Positions 17,813 through 28,646 are shown, numbered from the stretch's first letter. The stretch: DNA of 64,000 nt from Spirochaetia bacterium (GCA_965208575.1 CBDBOV010000006.1:512001-576000), one strand, 5' to 3'. Program-made: numbers and translations. The notes: a model not told the origin generated them from the sequence alone.

Positions 17813-19525
17813 CTACGCGCGCATGCCGCGCACCAGCTTGCCGGGCAGGGCGCCGGTGGGGTGGCCGTCGCGCCAGGTCACCCGGCCTGCCACCACCGTG
17901 CAGCGGTAGCCGCGCGCGCCCTGCATCAGGCGCGCGCCGCCGGCCGGCAGGTCGTGCTCGACACGGGGCGGCTCGAAATCGAGCTGCCGCCAGTCGATCA
18001 CGTTCAGGTCGCCCTTCAGCCCGACCCCGATGCGGCCGCGGTCGTGCAACCCGGCGGCATCGGCGGGGTCCGACGTCAGGCGGCGGATCAGCTCCGCCGG
18101 CGGCCAGCGCCCGCGCTGCCGGCCCCAGTAGGTGAGCAGCCAGGTCGGGTAGCCGGCGTCCAGGATGAAGCCGACGTGCGCGCCGCCGTCGCCCAGCCCC
18201 ATGATGCTGAGCCGATCGGCCAGCAACTCTTCGCACGCGGCCAGCCCGGGCGCCGCGTAGTTCCTGATCGGCGTGTACAGGAAGTCCCTGCCCTCGTTCG
18301 CCAGCAACAGGTCGTAGGCCACCTCCGGCGCCGGCCGGGACGTGCGCGCGGCAATGGCCGCCACCGAATCGTGCGCCTCGGGGGTGTAGTTGGGCGGCGT
18401 GCCGAACCGGTACATGCGGTCGTAGGAGAGCAGCCGCAGCAGCGGGAAGGTGCTGTCCCTGGCCGGGTCCTCCGCCAGGATCGCGGCGCGCACCGCGGGG
18501 TCGCGCAGTCTGGCCACCCGGGCGGGCAGCGGCAGGCCGGCCAGCGCCCGGACCGTGGGGCAACCGGAAAACGGCGTCTGGCTGGCCTGCAGGCCGAGCA
18601 GCACGCCGATCGCGCGCGGCGCCACCACCGGGCGAATCGGCACTCCACGCGCCGCCGCCTGCCGGTTGAGGGCGAGGATTGTGCGGTAGTCGTCCGGCTG
18701 TTCATGGTACTGGGTGAGCGAGTAGAGCACCGGCCGGCTGCTGCGTTCGGCGATCCGGCTCAGCATCGCGAACTCCTCGGCCGGGTTGGGCTGGATCCAC
18801 TCGGTGACCACTTCCAGCAGCCCGCGGCCGCCGTCCCGCACCCCCTCGGCCAACCCCTGAAGCTCATCCTCGTAGGCGCGCAGGGTGGGTATGAACTCGC
18901 CGTTCAGGCTGCGGTGGCTGGTGGTGCGGCTGGTCGACACTCCGAACGCGCCGGCGCGCACGGCGGCGGCGGTGATCTCCCGCATCCGGGCGATGTCGTC
19001 GTCGGTGGCCGGTTCCAGCGCCAGGGCGCGCGCGCCCATCACGTACACGCGCACCGCCGCGTGCGGCAGCAGCGCGCACACGTCGACGTCGCGCGCCTTG
19101 CGCTCGAGCGCGTCCAGGTAGCCGGGGAAGCTCTCCCATTGCCACTCCAGCCCTTCGTGCATCACCGCGCCGGGAATGTCCTCGACGCCCTCCATCAGCT
19201 CCACCAGCTTGTCCCGGTCGGCGGGCCGGCACGGCGCGAAGCCCACGCCGCAGTTGCCCATGACCACGGTGGTGACGCCGTGCAGGGCAGAGGGCGCCAG
19301 GTGGCTGTCCCAGCACGCCTGGGCGTCGTAGTGGGTGTGGATGTCGACGAACCCGGGCGTCACCAGCATGCCGCCGGCGTCGACCTCCTCCGCGGCCGCG
19401 CCCAGGCCGCTGCCCACCGCCGCAATCCTCCCGTCATGCACCGCGACGTCGGCGGCGAACGGCTCGGCCCCGGTGCCGTCCACCACGGTCCCGCCGCGCA
19501 CGACCAGGTCATAGTGCGCGGACAT
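17813..19525 (-). CDS. N-acyl-D-amino-acid deacylase family amidohydrolase
   Basis: [30 protein letters not shown]. Confidence 0.9.
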   Translation of the reverse strand: MSAHYDLVVRGGTVVDGTGAEPFAADVAVHDGRIAAVGSGLGAAAEEVDAGGMLVTPGFVDIHTHYDAQACWDSHLAPSALHGVTTVVMGNCGVGFAPCRPADRDKLVELMEGVEDIPGAVMHEGLEWQWESFPGYLDALERKARDVDVCALLPHAAVRVYVMGARALALEPATDDDIARMREITAAAVRAGAFGVSTSRTTSHRSLNGEFIPTLRAYEDELQGLAEGVRDGGRGLLEVVTEWIQPNPAEEFAMLSRIAERSSRPVLYSLTQYHEQPDDYRTILALNRQAAARGVPIRPVVAPRAIGVLLGLQASQTPFSGCPTVRALAGLPLPARVARLRDPAVRAAILAEDPARDSTFPLLRLLSYDRMYRFGTPPNYTPEAHDSVAAIAARTSRPAPEVAYDLLLANEGRDFLYTPIRNYAAPGLAACEELLADRLSIMGLGDGGAHVGFILDAGYPTWLLTYWGRQRGRWPPAELIRRLTSDPADAAGLHDRGRIGVGLKGDLNVIDWRQLDFEPPRVEHDLPAGGARLMQGARGYRCTVVAGRVTWRDGHPTGALPGKLVRGMRA

Positions 19526-19536
19526 CGCAGCGTCCC

Positions 19537-20319
19537 CTACGTTCGGTAGACTTTGCGCTTGTGTTCCTTGCCGCCGCCGTTCCACCTTGCTTCCCAGGAG
19601 TCCGGCTTGTGCACGTCCTCGAACGGATACACGTCGACGACCGGTGTGTAGGCGCGCGGGTTCTGGGTGACCGCATGCACAATCGCTTCCGCGATATCTT
19701 CCGGCTGCATCAGTTTCTCGGGATAGACATCGTGATTGTCATGCTGCATCTGCGTGTCGACGTTGCCCGGACGAATCAGCACCGCGCGCACGCCGTGCGG
19801 ACGCCCCTCCTCCTGCGTGATCCCGGTGAGACCCGCCACGCCCCACTTCGCCGAGCCGTACGCCGCCATCTTGTACGGATGGTACTTGCCGGCAAGGGAG
19901 GAGACGTTGACGATGTGGCCGCTGCCCTGCGCGCACAGGTGCATGAACACCGCCTGCGTGCACAGGAACACCGCCTTGAGGTTGACGTTGATATGGACGT
20001 CCCAGTCCGCCTCGCTGATGTCGGGAATCGCCTTGTGATCGGCGAATCCGGCGTTGTTGACGAGAATGTCCACGCGGCCAAACCGCTCCAGGGCCTGCCG
20101 AACCATGGCGTCCACGTCGGACTTGCTGGTCACGTCGGTCCGTACCGGGAGCGCTTCCCGGCCGGCACTGCCAATCTCCCCGGCCAGCGCATCGATCTCC
20201 GCGCCGGTGCGCGCCGCGAGCACCACATCCGCCCCCTCGCGAGCAAGGGCAAGGGCGGTGGCTCTCCCGATGCCCCGTCCCGCGCCGGTAACGATCGCAA
20301 CTTTCCCTTCCAGTCTCAC
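19537..20319 (-). CDS. Short-chain dehydrogenase/reductase
   Basis: TGAGRGIG, NNAG, YGSAK. Confidence 0.93.
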   Translation of the reverse strand: MRLEGKVAIVTGAGRGIGRATALALAREGADVVLAARTGAEIDALAGEIGSAGREALPVRTDVTSKSDVDAMVRQALERFGRVDILVNNAGFADHKAIPDISEADWDVHINVNLKAVFLCTQAVFMHLCAQGSGHIVNVSSLAGKYHPYKMAAYGSAKWGVAGLTGITQEEGRPHGVRAVLIRPGNVDTQMQHDNHDVYPEKLMQPEDIAEAIVHAVTQNPRAYTPVVDVYPFEDVHKPDSWEARWNGGGKEHKRKVYRT

Positions 20320-20405
20320 GGTAACCTCCTCCGCTCCGGCAGGCTCACGCCGGCCACGTCAGCCTGTTCGGCGACGGTAGATCATCCCTGCCGGCGGCCA
20401 TCGGA

Positions 20406-21290
20406 TCAAGCACCTCGTTGGCTGCGCGCTCCCCGCTTGGAGGTTCCGTAGCGGCCGCCGCCGCCGCGCAGGCGGGGGTCGAGCAGGTCGCGCACGGCGT
20501 CGCCGAACATGTTGATGCCGTACACGACGATGGTCAGGCACAGGCCCGGCCAGATCGCCAGCCGCGGCGCGATCGTCATGTACTGGCGTCCCTCCCGGCT
20601 CAGCATGCCGCCCCAGCTCGGCACTTCCGGCGGCAGCCCGAACCCCAGGAAGCTCAAGCTCGCCTCGGCCACGATGATGGCGCCGATGGTGATAGAGAAG
20701 ATGATGATGATCGGCGGCATGACGTTGGGCAGCACGTGCCGGATCATGGTGTGCGCGAGCGGGCTGCCCACCGCCTGCGCCGCCCGGAAGTAGTCGTTCT
20801 CCTTGATGGCGATCACCGCACCGCGCACCACCCGGGAGTTGGTGACGCCGGAGGAGATGCCGAGCACGAGAATGACCTGCAGCAGACCGCGGCCGGCCAA
20901 CGACATGATGGTCAGCAGCAGCAGGAGCCCGGGAATCGACATCCACGCGTCGACGAAGCGCTGCACCACGAGGTCGAACTTGCCGCCGACGAACCCGGCG
21001 GTGCCGCCGATCACCGCCGCCACCACCACGTGAAAGGTAGTCGCCGTCAGCCCGACGAACAGCGAGATGCGCGCCCCGTGGATCAGGCGGCTCAGGAAGT
21101 CGCGGCCGAGCTGGTCGGTGCCGAGCGGATGCTGGCCCGACGGCTCGGCGAGGCGGTTGTCCAGGTTGATCTCGGCGAAGCGAAACGGCGCCAGCGAGTC
21201 GGCAAAGATGCTCACCAGGATCAACACCAGCAGGATGAGGGCGCCGAAGGTACCCAGCGGGTGCTCTCTGACCAGTCTCATGGGCCGCAT
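20406..21290 (-). CDS. OppC/DppC-like ABC permease
   Basis: LGTDQLGRD, EASLSFLGFG, GDAVRDLLDP. Confidence 0.95.
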   Translation of the reverse strand: MRPMRLVREHPLGTFGALILLVLILVSIFADSLAPFRFAEINLDNRLAEPSGQHPLGTDQLGRDFLSRLIHGARISLFVGLTATTFHVVVAAVIGGTAGFVGGKFDLVVQRFVDAWMSIPGLLLLLTIMSLAGRGLLQVILVLGISSGVTNSRVVRGAVIAIKENDYFRAAQAVGSPLAHTMIRHVLPNVMPPIIIIFSITIGAIIVAEASLSFLGFGLPPEVPSWGGMLSREGRQYMTIAPRLAIWPGLCLTIVVYGINMFGDAVRDLLDPRLRGGGGRYGTSKRGARSQRGA

Positions 21291-21305
21291 GGCTCACCCA
21301 TCACG

Positions 21306-22271
21306 CTAGGCGTAGCGCACCCGCGGGTCGAGGAACCCGTAGAGCAGATCCACCACCAAGTTGATCACCAGCACGCCGGTGGCGAACACCAGGTTGATGC
21401 CGGACACCATGGGATAGTCCCGCTCCAGGAGGGCGTCCAGCAGCAGCCGGCCGATGCCCGGCAGGTTGAAGATATTCTCCATGATTACCGAGCCGCCGAC
21501 CAGGATCGGGAGCTGCAGACCGGTCAGGGTGATTACCGGAATCAGGGCATTCTTGATGGCGTGCCTGAGCACCACGACGCGTTCCCTCAGCCCCTTGGAC
21601 CAGGCGGTGCGCACGTAGTCCTGCCGGAGCACCTCCAGCATCATGGTACGGGTCATGCGCATGGTGGCGGCGGCGAAGTAGGTGCCCAGAATCAGAGACG
21701 GGATGATGAACACGCCGAGATTGCCCAGCAGGTCATCGGACAGGGCGATCATCCGCACCGGCGGAGTCCAGTTCCACCAGATCGCCGGAAACACGGTAAC
21801 CATCACGCCCAGCCAGAAGTTGGGAGTGGCCAATCCGACGATCGCCACGGTGCGCCCGGCGTAGTCGGCGGCGGTGTTCCGGCGGATCGCGGAGTAGATG
21901 CCCACCGGCAGCGCGATCACCAGCCCGATGGCGATTGCCAGCAGGCCCAGCTCGAGCGTGACCGGCAGCCTGCGCAGAATCTGCTCCTCGATGGTCAGTG
22001 CGTCGCCGTACAGCGACGAGCCGAGCGTGCCGTGCAGCACCATGCCGCCCACCCAGCGCACGTACTGCACGTGCAGGGGAACGTCCAATCCGAGCGCGCG
22101 CATGAGGGCCTCACGCGTGTCGTGGTCGCCCCCGAAGTAGCCGCCGCCGATCCCGATCATGGCATCTATGACGTCGCCGGGTATGAACCGGAGGGCCAGG
22201 AACACCAGGATGGTGAGAAAGAACAGCGTCGGGATCAGCAGCAGCAGGCGCCGAATGATGTAGGCTCTCAT
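21306..22271 (-). CDS. OppB/DppB-like ABC permease
   Basis: RTMMLEVLRQDYVRTAWSKGL. Confidence 0.95.
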   Translation of the reverse strand: MRAYIIRRLLLLIPTLFFLTILVFLALRFIPGDVIDAMIGIGGGYFGGDHDTREALMRALGLDVPLHVQYVRWVGGMVLHGTLGSSLYGDALTIEEQILRRLPVTLELGLLAIAIGLVIALPVGIYSAIRRNTAADYAGRTVAIVGLATPNFWLGVMVTVFPAIWWNWTPPVRMIALSDDLLGNLGVFIIPSLILGTYFAAATMRMTRTMMLEVLRQDYVRTAWSKGLRERVVVLRHAIKNALIPVITLTGLQLPILVGGSVIMENIFNLPGIGRLLLDALLERDYPMVSGINLVFATGVLVINLVVDLLYGFLDPRVRYA

Positions 22272-22365
22272 GAAGTGCGGTACCGGCGGGGCGGCCGTTG
22301 GGACGGCGGATGTTGCACCGCCATCCCAACGCGACGATCATCGCAGGTCGCGGTCCACGACGTGC

Positions 22366-24150
22366 TCAGAATCCCATCGACTTCTTCAGGTCGAGGTCGA
22401 GCCACAGACGCGCCACGACCGTGCCGCGGTGCGTGTGTGCCAGCGTAAACTCGCCGTTGTAGCCCTTGACCCACGGCTGGCTGACGTTGAAGTTCGGTGC
22501 CTTGCCGGCCCAGATGTAATAGTGGTTGCGCAAAATGACCATGAGTGCTTCCTGCGAAGCCGCCTGCTGCTCCTCTACGGTAGACGCACTCTGCGCGGCC
22601 GCCACCAGGGCATCGTACTCCGGGTTGGACACGCCGGCGGGGTTCCATCCCGAGGTCGAGACGTTGTGCGCCAGCGGAGTCAGGATGCCCCACGGATTTC
22701 CCAGCGGAGCGGCGGTCATGGTTTCGTGATCATTATTGCGGATCCCATCCGCCCAATCTGCGGTCGGCATCACCTGCAGATCGATGTCGACGCCAATCTC
22801 CAGGAGCTGTTCCGCCAGGATCTCGAACTTGCTCACGTCGTACAGATCCCGGACCTCGACGTTGGTCTTGAACCTGATGCCGTCGGCGCCGCGCGGGTAG
22901 CCGGCCTCGTCGAGCAAGCGCTCCGCCTCTGCCGGGTCGTGCCGGAAGAATCGCTTGACCTCCTCGGGCCACTCGTCGAACGGGGGCGAATAGCCGACGA
23001 TGTCGATGGAGGTGTAGGCCTCCGGCGTCGCCCTTCCCCTGCCCTGCCAGTAGCTGTCGTTGATCGCTTCCACGTCAAGCGCCATCTGGATCGCCTGGCG
23101 CACTCTAAGGTCGCTGGTCGGCTCCATGGCGAGGTTCATGGCAAGACCTATCCCGCTCTCGTAATACTGGGAGACTTGGGTATCGGGATTGGTCCGCAGC
23201 AGATCGTCGAGTACGTCGAGGCTGGCTATCTTCGAGCCGCTAAGCGAACCCAGGTAGTCGATCTGGCCCGACCGGAATGCTGCCACCCGCGTCGACTCCT
23301 CCGGCATCACCAGCCAGACGATCTCGTCGATATAGGGCAGGCGGTTGTCCGGGAACTTCTCGTCGAACGCCCAGTAGTTGGGGTTCTTGGTGAACGTCAG
23401 GGAGCTGCCCTCGACCCAGTCGACCAGCTCGTAGGGGCCGGTGCCGACCGAGTTGCGCCAATCCAGCAGGTCGCCGTGCTCTTCGATCACCTCCGGCGGC
23501 ATGATGTGACTGGTGTATTGATAGACGATCGTCCGCTCCGCGGCGAGATTGGGCTCCTTCAACTTGAACACCACCGTGCGGTCGTCGGTGGCCGTTACCG
23601 ACTCGATGCCGACGTCGTCGAGCTGCGACCACTGCGCCACGAACGGGTTGACTTCGGTGTAGCCGCTGCCCAGGCCCAGGTAGCGGTGCCAGTTGTATTC
23701 CACGTCCTTGGCGGTGAGCTCCCGACCGTTCATCGGTGCCTTGTCGTGCCAGTGCACGCCGGAGCGGATGCGCACCGTGTAGGTCACCGGGTCGGTCTGT
23801 TCCCAACTCTCGGCCAACTGACCGACGATGGCGAAGTCGGGGACCCACATGCTGTCGAAACTGAGTTTCTGCCGGTCTATCGCCCAGTCCCCGATTGCCA
23901 GTTTCTCGTTCGTGAACCACCAGGACGCCTGACCCGGGTGTCCCTGCCCGGGATCGGAGTTGGGCGGCTCGGAGCGCGTGCCGAAGGTGATGGTGCCGCC
24001 ATACTCGGGCGCGGTCACCATCTCGCCGGTGCTCGGGTCGAGCACCATCTCCTTCTCGGCCGCGGCCGCCTCCTCGCCTTCTCCGGCGGCGAACGTAACG
24101 GCAGCCACCAGCGCGAACGCCAGCGGCAGCAACATGAGTCTTGGAGTCAT
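22366..24150 (-). CDS. Family-5 ABC substrate-binding protein (SBP4)
   Basis: Signal peptide; IRSGVHWHD, GTGPY, RVRQAIQMALD. Confidence 0.95.
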   Translation of the reverse strand: MTPRLMLLPLAFALVAAVTFAAGEGEEAAAAEKEMVLDPSTGEMVTAPEYGGTITFGTRSEPPNSDPGQGHPGQASWWFTNEKLAIGDWAIDRQKLSFDSMWVPDFAIVGQLAESWEQTDPVTYTVRIRSGVHWHDKAPMNGRELTAKDVEYNWHRYLGLGSGYTEVNPFVAQWSQLDDVGIESVTATDDRTVVFKLKEPNLAAERTIVYQYTSHIMPPEVIEEHGDLLDWRNSVGTGPYELVDWVEGSSLTFTKNPNYWAFDEKFPDNRLPYIDEIVWLVMPEESTRVAAFRSGQIDYLGSLSGSKIASLDVLDDLLRTNPDTQVSQYYESGIGLAMNLAMEPTSDLRVRQAIQMALDVEAINDSYWQGRGRATPEAYTSIDIVGYSPPFDEWPEEVKRFFRHDPAEAERLLDEAGYPRGADGIRFKTNVEVRDLYDVSKFEILAEQLLEIGVDIDLQVMPTADWADGIRNNDHETMTAAPLGNPWGILTPLAHNVSTSGWNPAGVSNPEYDALVAAAQSASTVEEQQAASQEALMVILRNHYYIWAGKAPNFNVSQPWVKGYNGEFTLAHTHRGTVVARLWLDLDLKKSMGF

Positions 24151-24568
24151 AACGGAACTCCTCCTCGTTTCGGGACGGGAGTGCTTCCCGGAACCCGTGG
24201 TTTCGGGCCGGGAACGCCGGCCTTTTCAAGTGGTTCTTGTAGTCGCGCCGCGGGATAGTGCGAGCCGCTACCTCACCAGCGGCGCAGATGGCGGCAGAGC
24301 GGTGGATGCGGCTTGGTGAGCGGAAAGAGCGGTCAGTTACCGGGTGCTTGGTTTGTTGCGGAGCAGGACGGAGCAGGACGGAGCGCTGGCGTCTGCAGCG
24401 AACGGAACGGCTGCGGCGGGCCGTGCGATCGCGCATCATCCTCGCTTGTCCTCCTCCCAGAGCCATCACTCTACCACACCGCCGGCATCCGTCAAGTACG
24501 CGTTTTGCGCACGATACTCTCCCGCCGGCCGAACACCTCGGCTTGAACTACGACAAGCCCCCGGAGCG
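24151..24568 (-). promoter_or_regulatory. Conserved SBP promoter/leader module, copy 4
   Basis: TTGACG 24490-24495, 16 nt, TG-n-TAGAGT 24468-24473; repeat x2 at 24359-24384. Confidence 0.75.
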
Positions 24569-24569
24569 G

Positions 24570-25799
24570 TCATCTCTTGTCGGCAGCGCGCGCCTGCACG
24601 GTGCAGAAGACGCGTTGCGGCGTAACGTTGAACAGCGGGTCCGGCTGCTCGTTGGCGCGCAACTCGCGGCGGGCGATGGGCAGTCCCGCTCCCCACCTCT
24701 GCACGAGGTTGAGGACTCTCATCGCCTCCGCCAGCAGCGGGTTGCGGTAGGCAACGAAGCCCGGCTGTCCGAAGTTCTCCGCCGACACCTCTCCATAGGG
24801 ACCGCCCGGACTGTTGATTTCTATCCGGTCGTCGTACCAGTACACGTGAATCGGACTGGCCGCACCCTCGTAGCTGCGGTGCATCACCGCGTTGCGAACG
24901 AGCTGCCGCAGTGCCCCGATGGCATGGGTGGATGACCGGGTCTCCAGGGCGCCGGAGGTGACGTCGACCGCCGTACGGTTGTGCGAATCGAGCTTGTCTT
25001 CGAGGCCTCCGATCAGGGATCCGATTGGGCCGTCGAACAGGCGTTCATCCACGATCGGGCAGTCGAGCGCGGTACCGGAAATGCGCAGGAACTGAACGTA
25101 GGCACCCGGCAGGTAGTCGCGCGGGTGCTTGCCCAGGATCAGTATTCCGCAGATCGTGGGCCGTGGATCGTCGGCCGAGGCCAGCATCTTCATGGCCGCA
25201 AGCCGCTCGATAGTGCTGCGGTCGTTCTGCTCCAACGTGGCCGCGTCGATCGCCCGCGGCAGGTATTGCTCCTCGAAGTAGCGCAGGTCCAGGTCAGCGA
25301 GCCGCGCTCCGGGGGCCGGATGAGCGTCGAATGAGCTCTCGCGGTGGCGGCGCTTCTCATTCAGGATGCGCTCGTCCTGCAAGCTCGCCACCGCTCGCCG
25401 CGGCCCCACGCGAATCCAGGTGCGCCCCCGATAGCGAACGGGCGGCGAGTCGGCGGGTCGCACCGTAACGACTGCGACCTCGCGACCTGCCAGAAGGTGT
25501 TTGCCGACCGTCAGCGTGGGCGGTGGCACGATGTTGCCGTCGGCCTTGATGTCGGCAAGCTGGCGCAGGAGTGCGTCGGTGATCGGCAGCCCGGTGGGCC
25601 GGCCGGCGTCATCCGCCCCCACCAACACGACGCCGGACCGCTGGTGGTCGGGGAGGTCGTTGGCAAACGCGCAGACCGCCTCCCTGATGCCGGTCGGGGC
25701 GTCTCCGCGCAGCGACTCCTTGCGCTCTACCAAGTCGGACTCGACATCCTGCAACATGGACTCGAGTTCGGAATCGGAATAGCGGTGCGCCGCGCCCAT
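24570..25799 (-). CDS. AlbA_2/Schlafen-like domain plus HATPase_c_4-like ATP-binding protein
   Basis: ESDLVERKES, AVCAFAND, VLVGADD, NAVMHRSY, IEINSPGG, YRNPLLAE. Confidence 0.85.
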   Translation of the reverse strand: MGAAHRYSDSELESMLQDVESDLVERKESLRGDAPTGIREAVCAFANDLPDHQRSGVVLVGADDAGRPTGLPITDALLRQLADIKADGNIVPPPTLTVGKHLLAGREVAVVTVRPADSPPVRYRGRTWIRVGPRRAVASLQDERILNEKRRHRESSFDAHPAPGARLADLDLRYFEEQYLPRAIDAATLEQNDRSTIERLAAMKMLASADDPRPTICGILILGKHPRDYLPGAYVQFLRISGTALDCPIVDERLFDGPIGSLIGGLEDKLDSHNRTAVDVTSGALETRSSTHAIGALRQLVRNAVMHRSYEGAASPIHVYWYDDRIEINSPGGPYGEVSAENFGQPGFVAYRNPLLAEAMRVLNLVQRWGAGLPIARRELRANEQPDPLFNVTPQRVFCTVQARAADKR

Positions 25800-25877
25800 G
25801 ATGTGATTGAACGGCTTGCGCCCGCCGTGGTCAACCCAGGCTGACCGCGGCACGCACATGCTATGGTAACGGCCATC

Positions 25878-26372
25878 ATGATTCGAGGCATCCATCACAC
25901 AGGTTTTTCCACCCCCGACCTCGAGCGCGCGATCGAGTTCTACTCGGGATTGCTTGGCTTCAAGGTGGTCAATCACTTTGAGTGGAATGCTGCCGATGGC
26001 TCGGCCAGGTGGGACGGCGGGGAGTGGAAGGTCGGCGCGAAACAGCTCGACGAGATCACCGGGCTCAAGGGTTCGGCAGCCCGGGCGGTGTTTCTGTTGC
26101 TTGGCAACGCCTTCATCGAGATATTCGAGTATTCAGCGCCCACCCCGGCACCGGCGCAGCCGGACCGCCCCGTTTGTGACCATGGCGTTACCCACATCGC
26201 CCTGATAGTCGACGATGTCCAAGCCGAGTACGACCGCCTGAAGGCGCTCGGGGTACCGTTTCACGCTCCGCCGCGGGAGGATTTTCGGGCCGTGTACGGG
26301 CGGGACCCGGATGGCAATGTGTTCGAGTTGATGGAAGTCGAGCCTGGCAGCAAGATCGCGCTGGACGTATAG
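25878..26372 (+). CDS. VOC/glyoxalase family protein, copy 2
   Basis: Protein identical to copy 1. Confidence 0.9.
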   Translation: MIRGIHHTGFSTPDLERAIEFYSGLLGFKVVNHFEWNAADGSARWDGGEWKVGAKQLDEITGLKGSAARAVFLLLGNAFIEIFEYSAPTPAPAQPDRPVCDHGVTHIALIVDDVQAEYDRLKALGVPFHAPPREDFRAVYGRDPDGNVFELMEVEPGSKIALDV

Positions 26373-26479
26373 CGCCCGTAGCTCGCAGTTGCTTGGTCAT
26401 CGCGACGGACTTGGCGCGGCGCATGCGGGGCGCCTGGGGCTATTCGCCATTGGCATAAGCGATTATCATGATAATTGCC

Positions 26480-27685
26480 ATGTCTGATGGCAATACGATC
26501 AGCTCGGATCACTGGATCGGGCGCCGGCTTGAGCTGGAGCGACTGCTCACGCGCCGGTCGGTGTTCCTGTTCGGGCCGCGCCAGACCGGCAAGACCACCT
26601 ACGTGCGCCGGCAGCTCGGGGACACGGTGGGGTTGACCTTCACGCTGCTCGACCAGGGGCTGTTCACCTCGGTGCTGGCCGACCCGACGCGCATCCGGCG
26701 CGAGGTGGAGGCGCGCGGACTGCGCGACACCGTGGTGTGCATCGACGAAATCCAGAAATGCCCGGCGCTGATCGACGAGGTGCAACTGATGATCGAGACG
26801 CGCGGCATACGGTTTCTGCTTACCGGATCGAGCGCGCGCGCCCTGCGCCGCAAGGGGGTCAACCTGCTCGGAGGGCGCGGCAGTGACCGCGTCATGCACC
26901 CGTTCTCGTGGTGCGAGTTGCGCGAGGCAGGACGATTCTCGCTGGACCGCGCCATCAACCACGGCCTGTTGCCTCCGCACTACCTGTCTGACGACCCGGA
27001 CGAGGAGCTGGCCTCCTACGTGGACCGATACCTTACCGAGGAAGTCGCGGCGGAGGGCCTGACGCGCAACCTGCCCGGCTTCGCCCGCTTTCTGCAGACC
27101 GCTGCCGCCACCAATGCGCAGCTTCTCAACTACTCCAACGTCGCCCGCGACGCGCAGCTCCCGCGGCAGACCGTGGTGCAGTGGTACCGGATCCTGGCCG
27201 ACACCCTGATCGCGGTCGAACTGCCGCCGTTCACGCGCACCGTCAAGCGCAAGGCGATCGAGACCGCGAAGCTCTACTTCTTCGACACCGGCGTGGTGCG
27301 CGCGCTGCGCCGACTGCCGCCGGTCCACGAGGCGTCCGCCGACTTCGGCGAGTTCTTCGAGCACTACGTCCTGCACGAGCTGCGCACCTGGATCGACTAC
27401 CGCCGCCCGCGCACGCCGCTCGCCTTCTGGCGCTCCCGATCCGGTTACGAGGTGGATTTCATCCTCGACGGGCGGGTCGCCATCGAGGCCAACGCCGCCC
27501 GCAGGATCCACGCCAAACACCTGCGCGGCCTGCGCGCACTGGCGGAGGAGGGGCTGGTCGAGCGCTGCATCGTGGTGTGCCGCGAGGAGCGTCCGCGCAT
27601 CGAGCCCGGTACCACGCGCGACATCGAGATCTGGCCGCTCGAATACTTCCTGGCGGCACTGTGGCGGGACGAGCTCGCATCGTGA
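26480..27685 (+). CDS. AAA_14 ATPase with DUF4143-like C-terminal domain
   Basis: FGPRQTGKT, IDEIQK, LTGSS, KLYFFDTG, EVDFI. Confidence 0.88.
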   Translation: MSDGNTISSDHWIGRRLELERLLTRRSVFLFGPRQTGKTTYVRRQLGDTVGLTFTLLDQGLFTSVLADPTRIRREVEARGLRDTVVCIDEIQKCPALIDEVQLMIETRGIRFLLTGSSARALRRKGVNLLGGRGSDRVMHPFSWCELREAGRFSLDRAINHGLLPPHYLSDDPDEELASYVDRYLTEEVAAEGLTRNLPGFARFLQTAAATNAQLLNYSNVARDAQLPRQTVVQWYRILADTLIAVELPPFTRTVKRKAIETAKLYFFDTGVVRALRRLPPVHEASADFGEFFEHYVLHELRTWIDYRRPRTPLAFWRSRSGYEVDFILDGRVAIEANAARRIHAKHLRGLRALAEEGLVERCIVVCREERPRIEPGTTRDIEIWPLEYFLAALWRDELAS

Positions 27686-27818
27686 GGATACGCCGTTGAG
27701 CCACTGCCTGGTCCGATACCCTGCTCCAGGATTTCCGCTCCCCAGCGATCAATCTTTGCTCCGCTCCCGGCGCAGCAAGGCCTCCACCTCCGGAGTCTGG
27801 CGCTACCTACCGCCGACG

Positions 27819-28022
27819 CTATTCGTCGCGAGACTCGGTCGATGCGGACCGGGCAGCGTCCATGACATGTTGACCCGCCACCGGCTCCGGGGTGGAACCG
27901 GCGGGATGCGGCGCAAGCCCGGCGCGTCGCCCGGCGGCGGCCAGCGACAGGCAGAGCGCGCGCAGTTGGCTCACGCGGTGCAAGCGAACCGTCACCGCGT
28001 GGGCGGACATGTCGACCTTCAC
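27819..28022 (-). CDS. Small hypothetical protein coupled to the nucleotidyltransferase
   Basis: GTGA overlap with the upstream stop; MKVDMSAHAVTVRLHRVSQLRALCLSLA. Confidence 0.5.
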   Translation of the reverse strand: MKVDMSAHAVTVRLHRVSQLRALCLSLAAAGRRAGLAPHPAGSTPEPVAGQHVMDAARSASTESRDE

Positions 28023-28480
28023 TCCGTATCTCCCGTCAGCCGCTCGATGTCGTCCTGGTCCTGCCCGCTGCCGCGCAACCGCTTCAGCGCGACGAGCCCG
28101 TCCCGCGACACCGTTGCGATGGCGCCGTGGTCCCATGCGACGCGCCGGCGGGACCGCCACACGCGTTCCAGGGCCGGCGTAACGTGCAGCAGGTCGACCA
28201 TCAAGACATCCTCCGAATCCGGCTCCGGCTTCACCAACCGGGAGATGGTCACCGTCCCCCCGGAGAGCCTCATGGGCGCCGCCGCAAGGCGATAGCCAAG
28301 CTGCCCGAGCACGCCCTCCGCGGTCGGCACCTGATCGGGCGCGATCAGCATGTCGATGTCGATAGTCGCACGTGGGATGCCGTAAATCGCCAATGCCACC
28401 CCGCCGCACAGCGCATAGTCCACGCGCGCAAGATCGAGGGCATCGGTAATGGAGCGTAGTTCCGTGAGCAGGTCGGTCAC
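28019..28480 (-). CDS. Nucleotidyltransferase-fold protein
   Basis: YALCGGVALAIYGIPRATIDIDML...LKRLRGSGQDQDDI. Confidence 0.8.
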   Translation of the reverse strand: MTDLLTELRSITDALDLARVDYALCGGVALAIYGIPRATIDIDMLIAPDQVPTAEGVLGQLGYRLAAAPMRLSGGTVTISRLVKPEPDSEDVLMVDLLHVTPALERVWRSRRRVAWDHGAIATVSRDGLVALKRLRGSGQDQDDIERLTGDTE

Positions 28481-28613
28481 TGTGCGGAATCCTCACCGGC
28501 GCGCCGGAATCATGCCACTTTCACTCGACCCGCTCAACGCGGTCGGATTCGGGGCGCCCCACCCGAATACGGTACTTGGCGAACGGTCGACCGCGACCCC
28601 GGCATGGCTCTTG

Positions 28614-28646
28614 TACCTTGACAAGGTATACCTGGGTTCGGTATAC
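28614..28646 (+). promoter_or_regulatory. higBA promoter with two operator-like palindromes
   Basis: TACCTTG-A-CAAGGTA containing TTGACA; GTATACC-N7-GGTATAC. Confidence 0.55.
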
